Shown: piece after piece, positions 1-12,440 of the stretch
Numbering within the stretch: the first letter of the stretch is position 1
How the letters are laid out: each line of letters opens with the position of its first letter
Made by a program: the position numbers and the translations under genes
Notes under the pieces: generated by a model
Told to the model about the DNA's origin: nothing
Database searches by the model: none
The model's input: the letters and a program-made list of their open reading frames with translations, nothing else
DNA from: Geosiphon pyriformis uo1
Lineage: Eukaryota > Fungi > Glomeromycota
Direction of reading: 5' to 3'
Assembly (NCBI GenBank): GCA_016748015.1
Contig: JAAOMT010000649.1
Coordinates: 37,154 to 62,904, forward strand
DNA length: 25,751 bases

Positions 1-305
1 AACCAGCAGTATATAAAACAAACTCTGTACCATTTGCTGTGAAATCATCACAATGAGAATTATAGAAAATATCAAATATGGGATGTACCAACCTGTAGTA
101 AAACTTCCAACACTCTCATTCTTCGATCGAAATCAGTTATTTTTGTTAATGAGGAATTCACTGCACGCTCCGCTAAGTCTTTAACGAGAAGTAATGGTTG
201 TAAAGCTGTTCCTTTTCTTGTTAGATAAATGACAGTAGCGGAACATATAGCGTCAAGAGAACCTTCCAAAAAAAGAGCTTCGATTTTTGAAACTAAGTTT
301 GACAT
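1..305 (-). CDS. 5' part of an intron-containing gene of unknown function; runs off the window start. Exon 1 305-93, intron 92-37 (56 nt), exon 2 36-<1
   Basis: ATG at 305. Phase-0 donor CAG|GTTGGT at 92, acceptor TTCACAG at 37. The spliced frame stays open (...LEVLLQ/QMVQSLFYILLV). Region has higher GC and retains CpG. Confidence 0.7.
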
Positions 306-479
306 TTTAACCGTGAATAGTTTGAGTCAATATCGCAAGTAAAAACGACGAATAACCACAACGTTGATATACTGTCCTTTTAAACCGCTTTCGCTCACCC
401 ATTTTTGTCTTTATTTAGGTATGGGAATAATAGATTTAGGGAATGTGAAACTGGAGCGATGCACAGCGAAAAAACTTTT

Positions 480-600
480 CACAAAGAAAATGCGCATGCC
501 ACGAGTTAGTCAATCAGATTTAGAATTTATAGTAACAATCGATTTTATTTTATTTTTTCTTGGCCAAAATCACGTGATGTTACCCACAAAAAATAGTGGG
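480..600. promoter_or_regulatory. Putative promoter region of the gene starting at 305, with a palindromic E-box
   Basis: Perfect palindrome ATCACGTGAT at 569-578 (bHLH E-box of the Cbf1/SREBP type) and TGCGCATGC at 491-499, in CpG-retaining intergenic DNA about 190-270 nt upstream of the ATG. Confidence 0.35.
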
Positions 601-654
601 TAGATTCACATGCATACGGCGATAACTGTACTATTTTTATTTAATAAAAAATAT

Positions 655-1169
655 TTATCCAACCTCTTCATTTATCGATTCCATATTAGAAAATGTTTGA
701 CTATCTCCTACATCATGCATACTAACATCACTGTCGTTTTGAGACGAGGGTATATTACCAGAGACAGCTACTTCGCGGTTAGAAACAACATGGCTCTGAT
801 TTATTTCTGAAAAATTATTTTGTGCCTCATAAGGTGGTGGTGGTTGAAGAGATGATGTTTCGATAGAGCCAGAATGACCAATATTTTGTTCAGGATTTTC
901 CGCACCAGGATTGTTTGTATTAGTGTTTATTGCATCACGGGGTGGAGATGGAGATGCTGACCGTCTACGACTTCTTCGACTTCTTCGACTATCAACGGAA
1001 GTTCTTCGGCTTCTTCGGTTACCTGGCAATGTTTGACCTAATTCATATTCAACTGTAAACTTCAATCTATAAATTTTATTTTTCAAATAATTATTAAACT
1101 TATAAAATTATGTTTTCACTCATAGGGATTGGGAATGAGAATGGGTGATTTTATGAATATTCTCATCAT
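655..1169 (-). CDS. Two-exon gene, ~153 aa, Arg/Ser-rich disordered protein with a PPPPY (PPxY) motif. Exon 1 1169-1120, intron 1119-1067 (53 nt), exon 2 1066-655
   Basis: Exon 1 MMRIFIKSPILIPNPY-GA|gtgaaa joins in phase 2 to tttatag|A-TTG-AAG, giving ...PYELKFTVEYELGQ... in frame with the 655..1086 ORF. Contains RRSRRSRRRSASPSPP and PPPPY. CpG retained. The donor is GT but weak. Confidence 0.7.
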
Positions 1170-2059
1170 TAATCAAATAAATAAGAATGAATATGAACTT
1201 TATCATATGATAGTTGAGGGTTGATTTATTCTATTCAAAACAACAAACCAAATTATTTTGAAATAAGACATAAGATAATCAATATTTTGTTCTAATATGG
1301 TTCCAAAATATTGAGATTTAAGGAATTTCTTTAAAACATAACAAATTAGATTGTAATTGAATTAGTTGCCACTTTCATATTAAAGTATTGTCATGTTAAA
1401 TATTAAAATGTTAAGATTGAATAGAAAGGAAGAACGAATATGTTTTTGTCATATTTTTATAATTCATTAAATCTCATTAATTTTATTTAAATAGATACTG
1501 AGTAGGATATTTAATTTATTGAAACTAATTTTCTTTGCAGCAGTCAGATTCAATCGGGATTAAAACACAAAGATAATTGATTGATATATATTTCTTTAAT
1601 TCATATTATTTTTTTAGTGATCAAATTACTTTAACTGTTATATTTCTAGCTTTTTTATTAAAATATTTCACTCATTATTTAAAATATGTTATTTGTTACT
1701 GAGAACTATTTGCTTATTTAAAATATTTGTTGCTTTATATTTTAAAACATCTTTCTGTAGATTCAATGAGCACTGAACCAAATTTGTGTTAGGTGAAATT
1801 TGGAATTAATTAAATTGAAGTATATTTTTACATAAGGTTAGCTGTTGAACAAAAGAATTATTTTGTTGTGAATTTAAGAAAAATAATCTATAATTCCTAA
1901 ATTTGAACTTGGTTATATTTTGATTTAAATTGGAAAGATCTAAAGATTTGAATAATATCGAATTCTAAATGCATCAACAAATGATATTGAAGCTATTTAA
2001 ATAAGGAAGTCTCATTGACATTTATGCTAGGAATGTTTTGATAGCTTACAGCACTTCTT

Positions 2060-2346
2060 TAGGTTAAAAGATAGAAGGAAACAAAAAACTTTAGTAATTA
2101 AGCAAAATTTGGCCGAAAACAAATTACGACTCCAAAACAAGATGCCAAAATTGTATAGCTTGCAAAAAAAAATTTATCTAACCACCACTGATATACAATG
2201 AGAAATGAAAAATAGTGTAGACACGATTCAACAATTTTTACCTGAAGGTATAATGCTACACTTTCCAAACTTTTTACTAACCAACAAACATAAAAAAACC
2301 TTTGGAGTAGGTTAAAAATTATAAAAACTTTGACTGGAATTGAGTT
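2060..2346 (+). mobile_element. Tc1/mariner transposase relic (HTH region up to the start of the DDE domain)
   Basis: Translates *VKR*KETKNFSN*AKFGRKQITTPKQDAKIV*LAKKN / TTTDIQ*EMKNSVDTIQ... / LLTNKHKKT / LE*VKNYKNFDWN*V. This matches the Tc1 pattern W.KRWKET.DL.D...SGRPR.TT..QD..IV.LA and LLT..H...RL.WAK.H...DW..V, with stops mostly at W/R positions plus frameshifts. Confidence 0.75.
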
Positions 2347-2552
2347 GATTAGTATCAGAGTAACATTTTACACTTTCAAATAAAATTTATTTATTTATTT
2401 TACCATGTACCAAGTTATAAAGTGTCAGTTACTTTTGCGGCAAACTGTAAATGTTATTTTCCAAAAAATGAATTTTTTGATCTCAACTAATGTTAAAACT
2501 CCCTTTTAGGAAGAATTGTATGCTTTTTAGAGTATATTACATAATCATTCTT

Positions 2553-2897
2553 TCATGGTCTTTTGTTTGGGGTATTTGAAGCAATATCTTGACCTGGAGT
2601 CTTAAATTCCTCTTTGTCCACATCTTCTTGGGCAGATTCACCAACATGAAAGTCAAGGTCTAGGAAAGCTATTTTTTCATAGATAACAATGAATGATTCT
2701 CCAAAAAACAATACTCGTACCAAGTCTGATTTCAGGGGAATTCTGCTTGGGCTAGATGCATCACATGTATTAACATCAGTGATTATAAAATTCTGGTTCT
2801 CATCTATTTTCTTTCTTTTATTTTCTATAGTCGAATCAGCGCCGACTACCGCAGAAGTAATAGCTTCCCATTCAACGGTTTTCCTTTTGCTGCTCAT
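2553..2897 (-). CDS. Small, probably nuclear protein of unknown function (114 aa as one ORF; may contain an intron at ~2720-2660)
   Basis: ATG start MSSKRK, NLS-like NKRKK, SP/TP sites, acidic C-terminus, CpG retained. The internal TTG|GTACGA...TTCCTAG segment looks intron-like but would shift the frame, so the structure is uncertain. Confidence 0.55.
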   Translation of the reverse strand: MSSKRKTVEWEAITSAVVGADSTIENKRKKIDENQNFIITDVNTCDASSPSRIPLKSDLVRVLFFGESFIVIYEKIAFLDLDFHVGESAQEDVDKEEFKTPGQDIASNTPNKRP

Positions 2898-3334
2898 CGT
2901 TTGGAAAAGTGATACATAAAAAATCTATTTCGACTGTGAAACATTTTATGCTAATTGACCAATCACTTTGTTGATATTGTGTAACCGAAATCATGGACAT
3001 ATTTATTAAGCCACCAAGGCTAAATTGTTATTTTTATTTATCAGATTTTACATTTAAAATATTTTAAATTTTAATTTATTTTGTCACAAATACAAATTAC
3101 GTATTTTATTCCGGAAATTAGATTTAACGTTTTTGATGTACTTTTAATTTTATTACGTTGTAATCTATTAATCTAATTTAAAATTATTATATTTACATTA
3201 AATGATGTTCAAAATTTTCATTAAGCTAACTTAAACTAAATAATCAAAATCTTTTAGGTTATTTGAATTTATCCAAAAATTTTCAAAGATATTTATATGA
3301 ATTTTTGTTGTATTAATGTAATTCAAATTTAAGA

Positions 3335-3354
3335 NNNNNNNNNNNNNNNNNNNN
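3335..3354. other. Assembly gap (20 N)
   Basis: Run of N. Confidence 1.
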
Positions 3355-3935
3355 CGCACCAAAAATTAACTATTTATTTATTTTATGTAGCCCCATATTT
3401 ATAATTAATGAAAATAATATAAAACTTTTTAATAATTTAAAAAGAAGAAAAACCAACGATTCTCAATGAAAATAATACTTTAGATTATTTTTAATTGATA
3501 TTTTATTGATATATATTGACAATAGCCCATTAAAAGTAATATAAATATAAATATATATTTTTTTGAAATATTATTTATAATAAAAATTAGCTAAAAGTAA
3601 AAATTAAGAAAAAATGTTTTTGATGTATGTAAATTCTTAAAGTATTTTAAAAATTACTAATTTTTCAAAAATTGATAATCACACATTATTTTTTTCCAGT
3701 ATCGATCAAAAACAATTAAATGTTATTTTTTATAATAAGATATTTTTTTAATTTTTATTTGTTTAACTTCAAAACTTAATAAATGAAATTTTTTAACAAC
3801 GTTTATTTAATATAAACTGAATAAATTACATTAACTTAAATTTTAATTCAATTTAAAATAGAAAGAAAATTAGATTTACTTTTGTATTTTGTTTAAATTA
3901 ATAAAAGTATTTTTTTATAATTATATAAAAATAAG

Positions 3936-4103
3936 GTCTGTTGCAACAATACCAAACAAACTAACCATTTTATTTCATGAAATAAAAATGGTTAAAAAAT
4001 CAATTAATGTGTTTGGTAAGACTTTGGTTTAGTAACTAATATGGTTTATATTTCCAAGTTTATTAACTAATTTTTAGTTGTATTTTTAAACTACATTACA
4101 ACA
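3936..4103. repeat. Nested palindromic/foldback element, possibly a MITE or LTR terminus
   Basis: TGTTGCAACA palindrome 3939-3948. TACCAAACA (3950-3958) pairs with TGTTTGGTA (4010-4018). Near-perfect 33-nt palindrome 3962-3994. ATTACAACA at 4095-4103 equals GTTGCAACA after G>A decay. Confidence 0.45.
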
Positions 4104-5929
4104 ATAAATTCTTAAGATAAATTAAAACAAACTTGTTACTTAAAAATATAACATGTTTAATATAAAATTATATCTATGCTAAATAAAAATATGATATAAG
4201 CCTTATTTATTATAAAATATAAAATTATAGCACAATTCAAAGTATTTTTTTAAAGAAAAACAAGATAAAAAATTGTTTTTTAAAATTAAAAAATATTTAC
4301 TTTTTTCTGTAAAAATTTTATCTAAATTAGGTTTTAATACTTTATTAAGTTTTTTATATTTTCATTATATTTAGTTTAATAAAAAAGTTGTCATTATTAC
4401 TTATTAGTATAGTGATTTAATATTCTAATAAAACGAATTATTAAAAAGTTATTATTAAGTATAAAACTTATCATTATTCAATAAAATTTTCAATGACTTA
4501 AAGCAAGTTTTTAATTAATTTTTAACAAATAAACAAATATTATTGTAAAAAAACTATTGCTTTTTGTAATTTAAAAAGAAAATATTAGCATTAAAATAGA
4601 TAAAAATCAGATTTTTTTAGTAATTTTAAAAATCACTTGCTTTTCTAGCTTTTATTAAATTAAATTTAATAATTCTACTATTGGTAATTATTTAAGTGTA
4701 GCAACTTTAAATTAAGCTGCTTTAAAAAAAAATGCTAATATTTAAAAATTTTAATATAGAAATAAGTAAAAACTTTTTTTTATAGTACTAAGCTTTATTT
4801 ATTTTTACAATATAATTTACACAATTTATATTTGTTTTTTGATAAAGTTTCTTAATTAATTTACAACTACAATTATGAATCAAAGTAATATACATATAAA
4901 TAATACAGAAAACAAATAATTATATGACAAAAAATATGATTAAAGAGAATATTCAACTAATAAAATAAATTAAATTTAATCTACAAGATTAATTTCATAG
5001 ATATTTTATTTATTATTTTTTTTCAAAAAAAATTAAAGAAATCTAAAGATAGAAAAATAATTTATACTTTAAATAAAAAATAATACAACTACTAAAATTC
5101 CATGTTTTAAATTAATATTTCTTAAAATTTAATAACAACTCTTGTTAATAGTTTTTGATTAATTATTCAGCAAAAACTTATTTAATATTCACTGTTTACT
5201 TTTTTGATCAAGCATATTTTAAGAAAAAATTTAAAGCAAGAAACAATTATATTAATTAATTAATATTTTTAATTACTTTTAATAACTTCTTTTTGAATTC
5301 GAAGTCTTAAATTAAAAAATTCACAATTGAATAACTGTTTATTAATTAATTAAAATTTATTTAAAAACTAAAAACAAAAAATAACAGCTTCTATTTTTAA
5401 ACTTTTTTTAAATAATTCAGACTTTTTATTCTAAATTCTAACATTTATTATAATTTTTACAAAAGCAGATATTTTAAAACATTTAAACTGTTTTAAGTTA
5501 CCAAAATATAAGTTTTTTGGTTTGAAATTTTTTTTTAGAACTTAATATTATAGCATAAAAACTTTAAAAAAACTGTTATCACAAACCAATATGATAATAA
5601 TTATAAATTTTAAATAATTAAAAGATATTTTCAAAAATTTGTTGTTACTTAGTTTACTTAAAAACAATTAGTAAAGCTGTTTAACATATTATTTAATAGT
5701 TTCTTGAAAATACTAACTAAAATAAAAACTTAGTTTATTTTACAACAATTAATTTAATTGCTTAATTTTAATAAATAAAAATAAATCTTGCCAATAAAAA
5801 AAACTGTTTTTATTATAAAATATGAAACTTATAAGTTTATAATAATGTTTTTTAAATTAAAAATGTTTAATTACATTTTAGAAATAATAAATAAAATGTT
5901 CAAATCAGTTTATTAAAAGTTAGTTTGAG

Positions 5930-6480
5930 TATTCAAAAACATATAAAAAATATTTAGATTATTTTTAACAAGTTTTTAACTTTTTTAGAAATGCCAAACT
6001 TAAGGTAAACCCAATTAAATCATTTTTTAAATAATAATTTATTTAGTTTTTAAGACATTTTATTATTAAATATAAAATCTTTTTAGATTTTAGCCAAAGT
6101 AAAAAAAAGTGCAAAAGCTTAGACAATTAATAAACATTACAAAATTATAATTTTTTTTTGTATTAGCCTTTAATTATGAAAATTTATAAAAAAAATTTAT
6201 AAAATTACACATTTACTTAATTAGTTTCTCAGAAAAAACATTATTATTATTGATATACTTTCAAACATTTAAAACTTTTAAGTAAAAATTCATTTCTAAA
6301 TTAATATTAAAATAATTTTTTACACTGATATTTTTAATGTCTTTTTAGTTACAAAAAATAAAAAAAACATATTATTATATATTTAAATAAATATAATTAT
6401 AAAATCAAATATTATAAAAAAATAAGCAATCAAAATATAAACACTTTATTTTAATTGGTTATTTAATAAGAAAAACATAT
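5930..6480 (+). mobile_element. Highly decayed Ty3/Gypsy RT C-terminus and RNase H relic
   Basis: Translates QVFNFFRNAKLKVNPIKSFF..FLRHFII / AKVKK.QKLRQLINITKL* / FYTDIFNV / *AIK. These match the Gypsy motifs VF..LR.A.LK.NP.KC.F...FLGH.I, P.KV..V....P.N..EL and YTDAS. The upstream 4.1-5.9 kb may be the same element but is not readable. Confidence 0.7.
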
Positions 6481-6649
6481 TAATATTAACTAATTAAATT
6501 AAATATTAATAAAATCAAACATAATAATCAACTTAAAAAATTATTTAGTACTTAGCAAAATTTTTGGATAAGAAACAATATTTATTAAAATATAATTAAA
6601 AAATAAGAAGAACATTTGCAAAAACAATTAAATTTTTATTTGATTTATT

Positions 6650-6669
6650 NNNNNNNNNNNNNNNNNNNN
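6650..6669. other. Assembly gap (20 N)
   Basis: Run of N. Confidence 1.
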
Positions 6670-7436
6670 TAAAATTTTTAATGATAAAACGAAAAAGTTG
6701 CTGTTCTGAAAATTGAAGATCAAATCTTACAACAATTTTATGTGGCTTTTCAATTTTTAATCTAGCATTAATGATATATTCGAACTAAATAGCCAAGTAG
6801 TTTTGTTCAAATAATTAATTTAATTTTGTTTTAGTTTTTTTAAGTAAAATATATAGATAGCATAACATTCTGAATTCTATATTGGTTATTATAAAAAATA
6901 ATTCATTTCTTGCAAATTCTGTTTTAATTATTCTTTTTGTTTTTTTAAGATATTCTAACTTGCAATTTTATAAAACACTTTTATTTATCTAAATAAAACA
7001 GATAAAAATTTGAGCAAAAAATGATTTTTTATTGATGTTAAAAATATAATCATTAACTATTATAAATAGTTTTATTTTTATATCTTTTTTAAACAAGATT
7101 TTTAAGTATAAAAGTTATGAACTATAAAGCAATTTATATATAAATATATATTGGAATATTAAATAATCAATACAATTATATGAAAATTTTTTTACTAATA
7201 AATTTTGCTTCTGCAAACTTTATGCATATTTTATAAAATTTTGGGTTTATTAATTTTTGTCATAATAAAAATTTTTATAAAAGATAATTTTAATAATAAA
7301 AAAATAAATATTTTTAATTATACTTAATAAATTATGAAGGACTGCATATATATTTATTGAATTTAAATATTTTATTCATGAAGAAACATTTTTTTTATTA
7401 GCTATTATACTTGGAACAAAATACCAAAACACTAAA

Positions 7437-9327
7437 TATACATTTCAATTTTTTATCTAAAAAATCAAGGAGTGAATTCTGCAACAAGTCATTGAGTTTC
7501 TTGAGAAAAAGAAAGCTGATCTATGCCTTATAAAAGAAGATCTCAAAATAATTGAGACTAACAGAATTGCTGGCCAAGAACTCCTATCGCTAACCAAAGA
7601 AGAACTTATGCAATAGGACTTAAAAAGAGGACCAGCAACAAGAATTGCTCTTTTGGTTGAAAAAATTAAAAACAAAGAGCAAAGTAATTAGTGAGCAAAT
7701 AATACAACTATTTGTTGAATACGTCATGCACTTTTTTTTTGTATATGTTGACTAACTTGTGCTTTTGCTTCTTTTGTTTCTTCATCACTACCAAATAAAC
7801 AAAAAAATGCATTGATGGTAAGTTAGAAAGTATATTAAGAAACATATATTTTTGAATTTGCATGTCTAATTAGCTTTTTTCCAACACAGATTCTGACTTG
7901 TACTTTCAGACTAAAGAAATGCTCAATGCAAAACCATCTTACATTATAGGAAAGTCGAACTTATTTACTTGGCTTTAGTGGCCATCCATGAAACTGATCC
8001 AAGTTTACCTATTGTTTTATGAACAATTCTTTATGGAAAGACTCTTTTTGGATTATTTGGATAAAATTATTGTGAGCTCAAAAGAGGTCTTCTGGAAAGT
8101 ATGGAGCAACTTTATCATACACATCACTTTTCCACCCAATATTAGCACAACAAAAAATTCATTCATTGTACTTTGGAATACACTTATTGTTAAATCTTTT
8201 ATTATCAGATCATAAATAGATAAATATAGCCAAAATACATCTTTAAATACTTTTACTAGAAAATTATGACCTGATCTTTTCTATTTGATATCAGATGTTT
8301 GTTTTGTGAAAGAAAAGGAAAAGAAACTGTATACTAAGAGTAATCTAATGAAGAAATTAACTGAAGAAATTAACTGAAAAATTAATATAAATGTACAGAA
8401 AATGTCCTTATATCTTTGGATATTATGCACCACAGTAATATACTCTTATTTGTATTTGGAAGGAGAACAGATTGTGTGAAAAGATTTGTTTACATGTAAA
8501 CTAAATGAGCTAGAGAGATACATAAAAGCTTTTATTATCAAAATTAACATTGGTTAATTATTGCCCCTATTTCACCAAACTGTTTCATAATATTTTCAGC
8601 AAAAATTTTTCATTTTTTTCCAGTCAAATGGCAAGATAGTTGAATTAATGCAAAATGTTGTCATGAAACATTACTGCTCAACATAGTCTGTCATATATAT
8701 CCGAGCTATTTATCAAGACATATACAATTAAAAAGTACCTTTCATCGATTAACTAAAGCCCATTAATGAGAATAAAACAAGAAAGCCATTTGTGATCTTT
8801 TCACTAAAAGACATTATATATAAACCAGAAACAAAACAACAACTAATCAAAGCATTATGTTGTGTTTTAACCACCCTAAAGGTATCTATTGCTTTCATTT
8901 CATTTATTTTGGAAACGTGGATATTTTATGACTAAAACATTTATTTCTAGGCTCTTCACAAAATAAAGATTATGCATCATAATATTTATTGAGAAAATGT
9001 GTTAAAATTTTTTGATTGAGACAAGTGATTCATCATTGACTTTGATGATATGTATTACACTACTTCACCTGCTTTCAACACATAATTTGCTAAAGAAAAC
9101 CATGCACCTAAGATTTTCAAGACAATTATAATAAAAGTGTCAACATATAGTCCATCAGATACCTGATTCTAACAGCTTCAATATAACTTCAAGAATTTAA
9201 TGAATTAAAAATCTATGCAAGAAAGTTGAAGACAAAAAACCAATTCGATAAACCAACAGTGAAAGATGCACTACAGTGGCTTTGGAGCAAATATGAAAAT
9301 ATTCTTGAAGAAGATTTTTTAGAATAG
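7437..9327 (+). pseudogene. Crinkler (CRN)-type pseudogene: SAM domain + PD-(D/E)xK REase-like domain + protein kinase
   Basis: SAM: IKE*ILQQVIEFLEKK...NRIAGQELLSLTKEELMQ*DLKRGPATRIALLVEKIK, with stops at 7473 and 7614 consistent with TGG codons. Introns 7818-7889 (GTAAGT...ACACAG) and 8882-8950 (GTATCT...TTCTAG). REase: NSFIVLWNTLI...L*PD (8264-8275, from LRPD) and KEKEK (8309-8323, from RGEEK). Kinase: MHHNIY*ENV (8972-9001, from HRDIRWENV), IIDFDD (9032-9049), NHAPKI, KPTVKDALQWL, stop 9325-9327. Confidence 0.88.
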
Positions 9328-11749
9328 AAAGCATAAAATCAAGATGGATCAAAAAATCTCTTGGATGGAAAAAAATAAAGCAATTTTTTAAGTGTTAATT
9401 ATTTACTGAGATTATATTGTAATAAAGACTTTCATTTTGCTTTTTGAATACTTGTTTATTTGTATCATTTATTCTTTTTATTTACTTTGAAACTAAGCTT
9501 GAATATTGTTTCGATAACTAATTCACAATGCTGCAAATTAAATTTGCCTAATTGATTAGCATATTGCCAAATCATCTATATTTTGCAGCATTTGTTTTCT
9601 ACTTCATATTTAACAATTGTCCACAGATTTTCATTAAGATATAAATCTAAACTACATAATGACCAGTCAAAAACTCCAAATGTATTTTTCTGCAAAAAAT
9701 GCTTTAGCTCCACTTAAAATTGTAGATAAATAGCTAATTGTTAATTAAACAAAATTTATCATTTTTATATTCCATTGTTTTAAAGCAGATTTTAGCCTAA
9801 ATAATCAAGTTTACATTTAATTGCTAAGAAATTAGTTTTTTTATTAAGATTATAGAATTATTTCCACAATCCTGATTATTTAACTGAAAGTTTATAGCTT
9901 TTATTACATCATTTTTGAAAGACACTTAATAAGAAAATACTGTTTTAAAAAATTATTAACAATGCAATCTTGCACTAATATACAAAATAATAAATTTATA
10001 GAAAATATAATGTGTTATATTTAAAAAAAATAGTGATAATAAAAGATAATAAAACTTATTGTATATTAATTTTGTCATCAGAACTCTTGATTTTAAAATA
10101 ATAGCTATTCATTAATAATATATATCTTTCATAAATGTTAGATTTAATGTAAAAAGCATTATTTTTTTTAGTTACTATAAATAAATAAGTACAAAATTTA
10201 TTTATTATACATTCTTAAATCTAGATAATATTTTTAGAAAAATATGATAAGCTTGCAACACAATAGTTTTTATGGGCTTATTTTATGACAATTACTTAAA
10301 TAATTCATAATTTTTTGAAAAACTTCATATACAAGCAATTCAAAAATAGTAAATATTTTGTATTTATTAAGAAAAATCTTGTTTTATATATATATATATA
10401 AGAGATTAAATATATGAATTTATAATAGCCAAAATACTTTAAAGCAAATAAAATTTTTATCTGAGTTATCTCAAAAATATTAGAAAATATTAGGTTTAAT
10501 AAAAAAGAGTAATATTTTTTTCCAATTATTAGAGAATACAGTAGCAAAATATAATGATCTTGCTATAAAAATTTGTGAATAAGCATCATATTGAGCATTT
10601 TGCCAACTATAACACTAACATCAGAAAACCTTTAATTATTCGGAAAATACACGAATTTATTGGATAAATTATAAAAAAATTACTAAAATATAATTGCTAA
10701 AATACAAGAAGTTTTAAAATAGTAATATTTCAATATTAATTCAAATATTTAATTAAAATTGCTAATTAAAATTAACACAAATTGGTTTAAAATTTTGTTT
10801 AGTTAAAGCAATTTGAAAAAAATGTTTGTTTAATTTTTGATTTTTTGGAATTAAAAAAAAGTATATTGGTTACTTTTATGCTTATATATTCATTATTATT
10901 TAATGCTTAATTTTTGAGAGTATGAAAGCTAACTTTGAAAATTTTTTTTTTAGAAATCAAAGCTTTTTATCATTTTTTCTATTAATTTGTTACCAAAAAT
11001 CTAAACCAGCAAATCAATAATTAAAATATCTTCTATTGTAAAGTTTTTTTATTGATCCAATTTTTTAAGATTTTGTATTTTGTAGCTATCTTGTAAGCAT
11101 TATATCTCAAGTTTTTAATTTTTCATGTTTTATACTAGTGCAACAATTTTGTTAAGATTCTAACCTAAAATATCTGAATCCTAGGCATCAATTACTGCTT
11201 AATAAAATTTAATATTTGAGTATTATGTCATGCAAGAAATTCAACACAATTTATTTATCCCTTTATTATTTTAAATTTTCATATTTTTAGCTTATTATAT
11301 TTAATTAGAAAATCTGTCAATTTTGATAATATTTGTCACATTAATAATATTATACAAATTGGTTTATTATTGCTGATAAAGCATATGATTTTTAAATAGG
11401 AAGGCTGTTTAAGGCTCATTAATCAATGAACTGTTCTTCTTTGAACTTTTGTTATTTTTCTTTAAAACAACTTGCTATTACTCAAACTACTACTAGAATA
11501 TCATAAAATTATTAATATACAAACATGTGAACTAATACAAAATTTATTAGAGAAAAAACCAAATAATTATCAAATAATTAAATTTAATGTTTTTTAATTT
11601 ATATTAATTCATAATTTGATTTTTTTAATCATTTACATACACATACATACACAAATACTACAAAAAATCTGAATTCTTGTCTTAGAGCTCCTAAAAAAAC
11701 AGAACTGATAAGTTCTTATAAATAATTATTACATATTTCTACTGGTATT

Positions 11750-12440
11750 AGATATTGGAAAGATTTTACTAAATAAAAAAATACTATTGAATAAATTTGT
11801 CAAAGTATGTAAGAAAAGCAGCTTTACAAAAACACAAAACTATGCTGTTAAAAAAACTTGTATAAAAAAGTCAGCCATAATTCTATTATAAACATGAAGG
11901 AATATAAAGTAATTTAAATATGTTATTACTTTTATTTAAATTTCTTGATCCTTTTGCCTTTGAATTTTTTAATTTAATCTTTTTTTTTCTAATTAGCAAG
12001 TTTTTATAGAAATGTTAAAAAAATATTAAGAAGACAGAATGAATCAGTTAAATTTAAGCAAAGAAAAAATAAGAAAAGTTCTTAATATTTGCAAAAAATT
12101 AAAACAACTAATTCCAAGATAGATAAATTATTGCTTGAATTCTGAGACTTCTACATATTTGGCATGCTTTTTTTATGCTCAATAATGATAATTATATACT
12201 TAGTTTTTAAAATTAAAAAACAAAAAAATACTACATATTTTTTTCCTATTATCTAATCACTTTAAATTAAAAAATCCTGCATAATTTCATTCTAAAAAAT
12301 AATTGGCTAAGTAAAAGTTTTAAGCTATACTTTGTATGTATACATAGTTAACAAATGCATATTCTAAATCATAACAGTAATAAAATTAAACAGATATCAG
12401 AATTTATTAAAAAGTATAGATCTTGGATTAAAATAGGGTA
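11750..12440 (+). pseudogene. Possible decayed intron-containing gene, unidentified
   Basis: Coding-like segments (LNKFVKVCKKSSFTKTQNYAVKK; QVFIEMLKNIKK; NKIKQISEFIKKYRSWIKIG) separated by intron-like stretches such as GTATGT...TAACAG at ~12334-12377. No family recognised. Confidence 0.3.

Noticed and set aside
364-810. Plus-strand ORFs 364..603 and 610..810
   Set aside because: Short, no recognisable motifs; they overlap the putative promoter or lie antisense to the better-supported minus-strand gene.
2188-2403. Minus-strand intron-like segments 2241-2188 and 2403-2334
   Set aside because: No open frame links them and they overlap the plus-strand Tc1 relic. At most they are 3'UTR introns, which cannot be supported without RNA data.
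2689-2919. Plus-strand 76-aa ORF
   Set aside because: Antisense shadow of the 2553..2897 gene.
7457-7675. Minus-strand 72-aa ORF
   Set aside because: Antisense to the SAM-domain exon.
10305-10547. Minus-strand 80-aa ORF
   Set aside because: F/I/L/K/Y-rich chance ORF in AT-rich DNA that spans a (TA)n tract.
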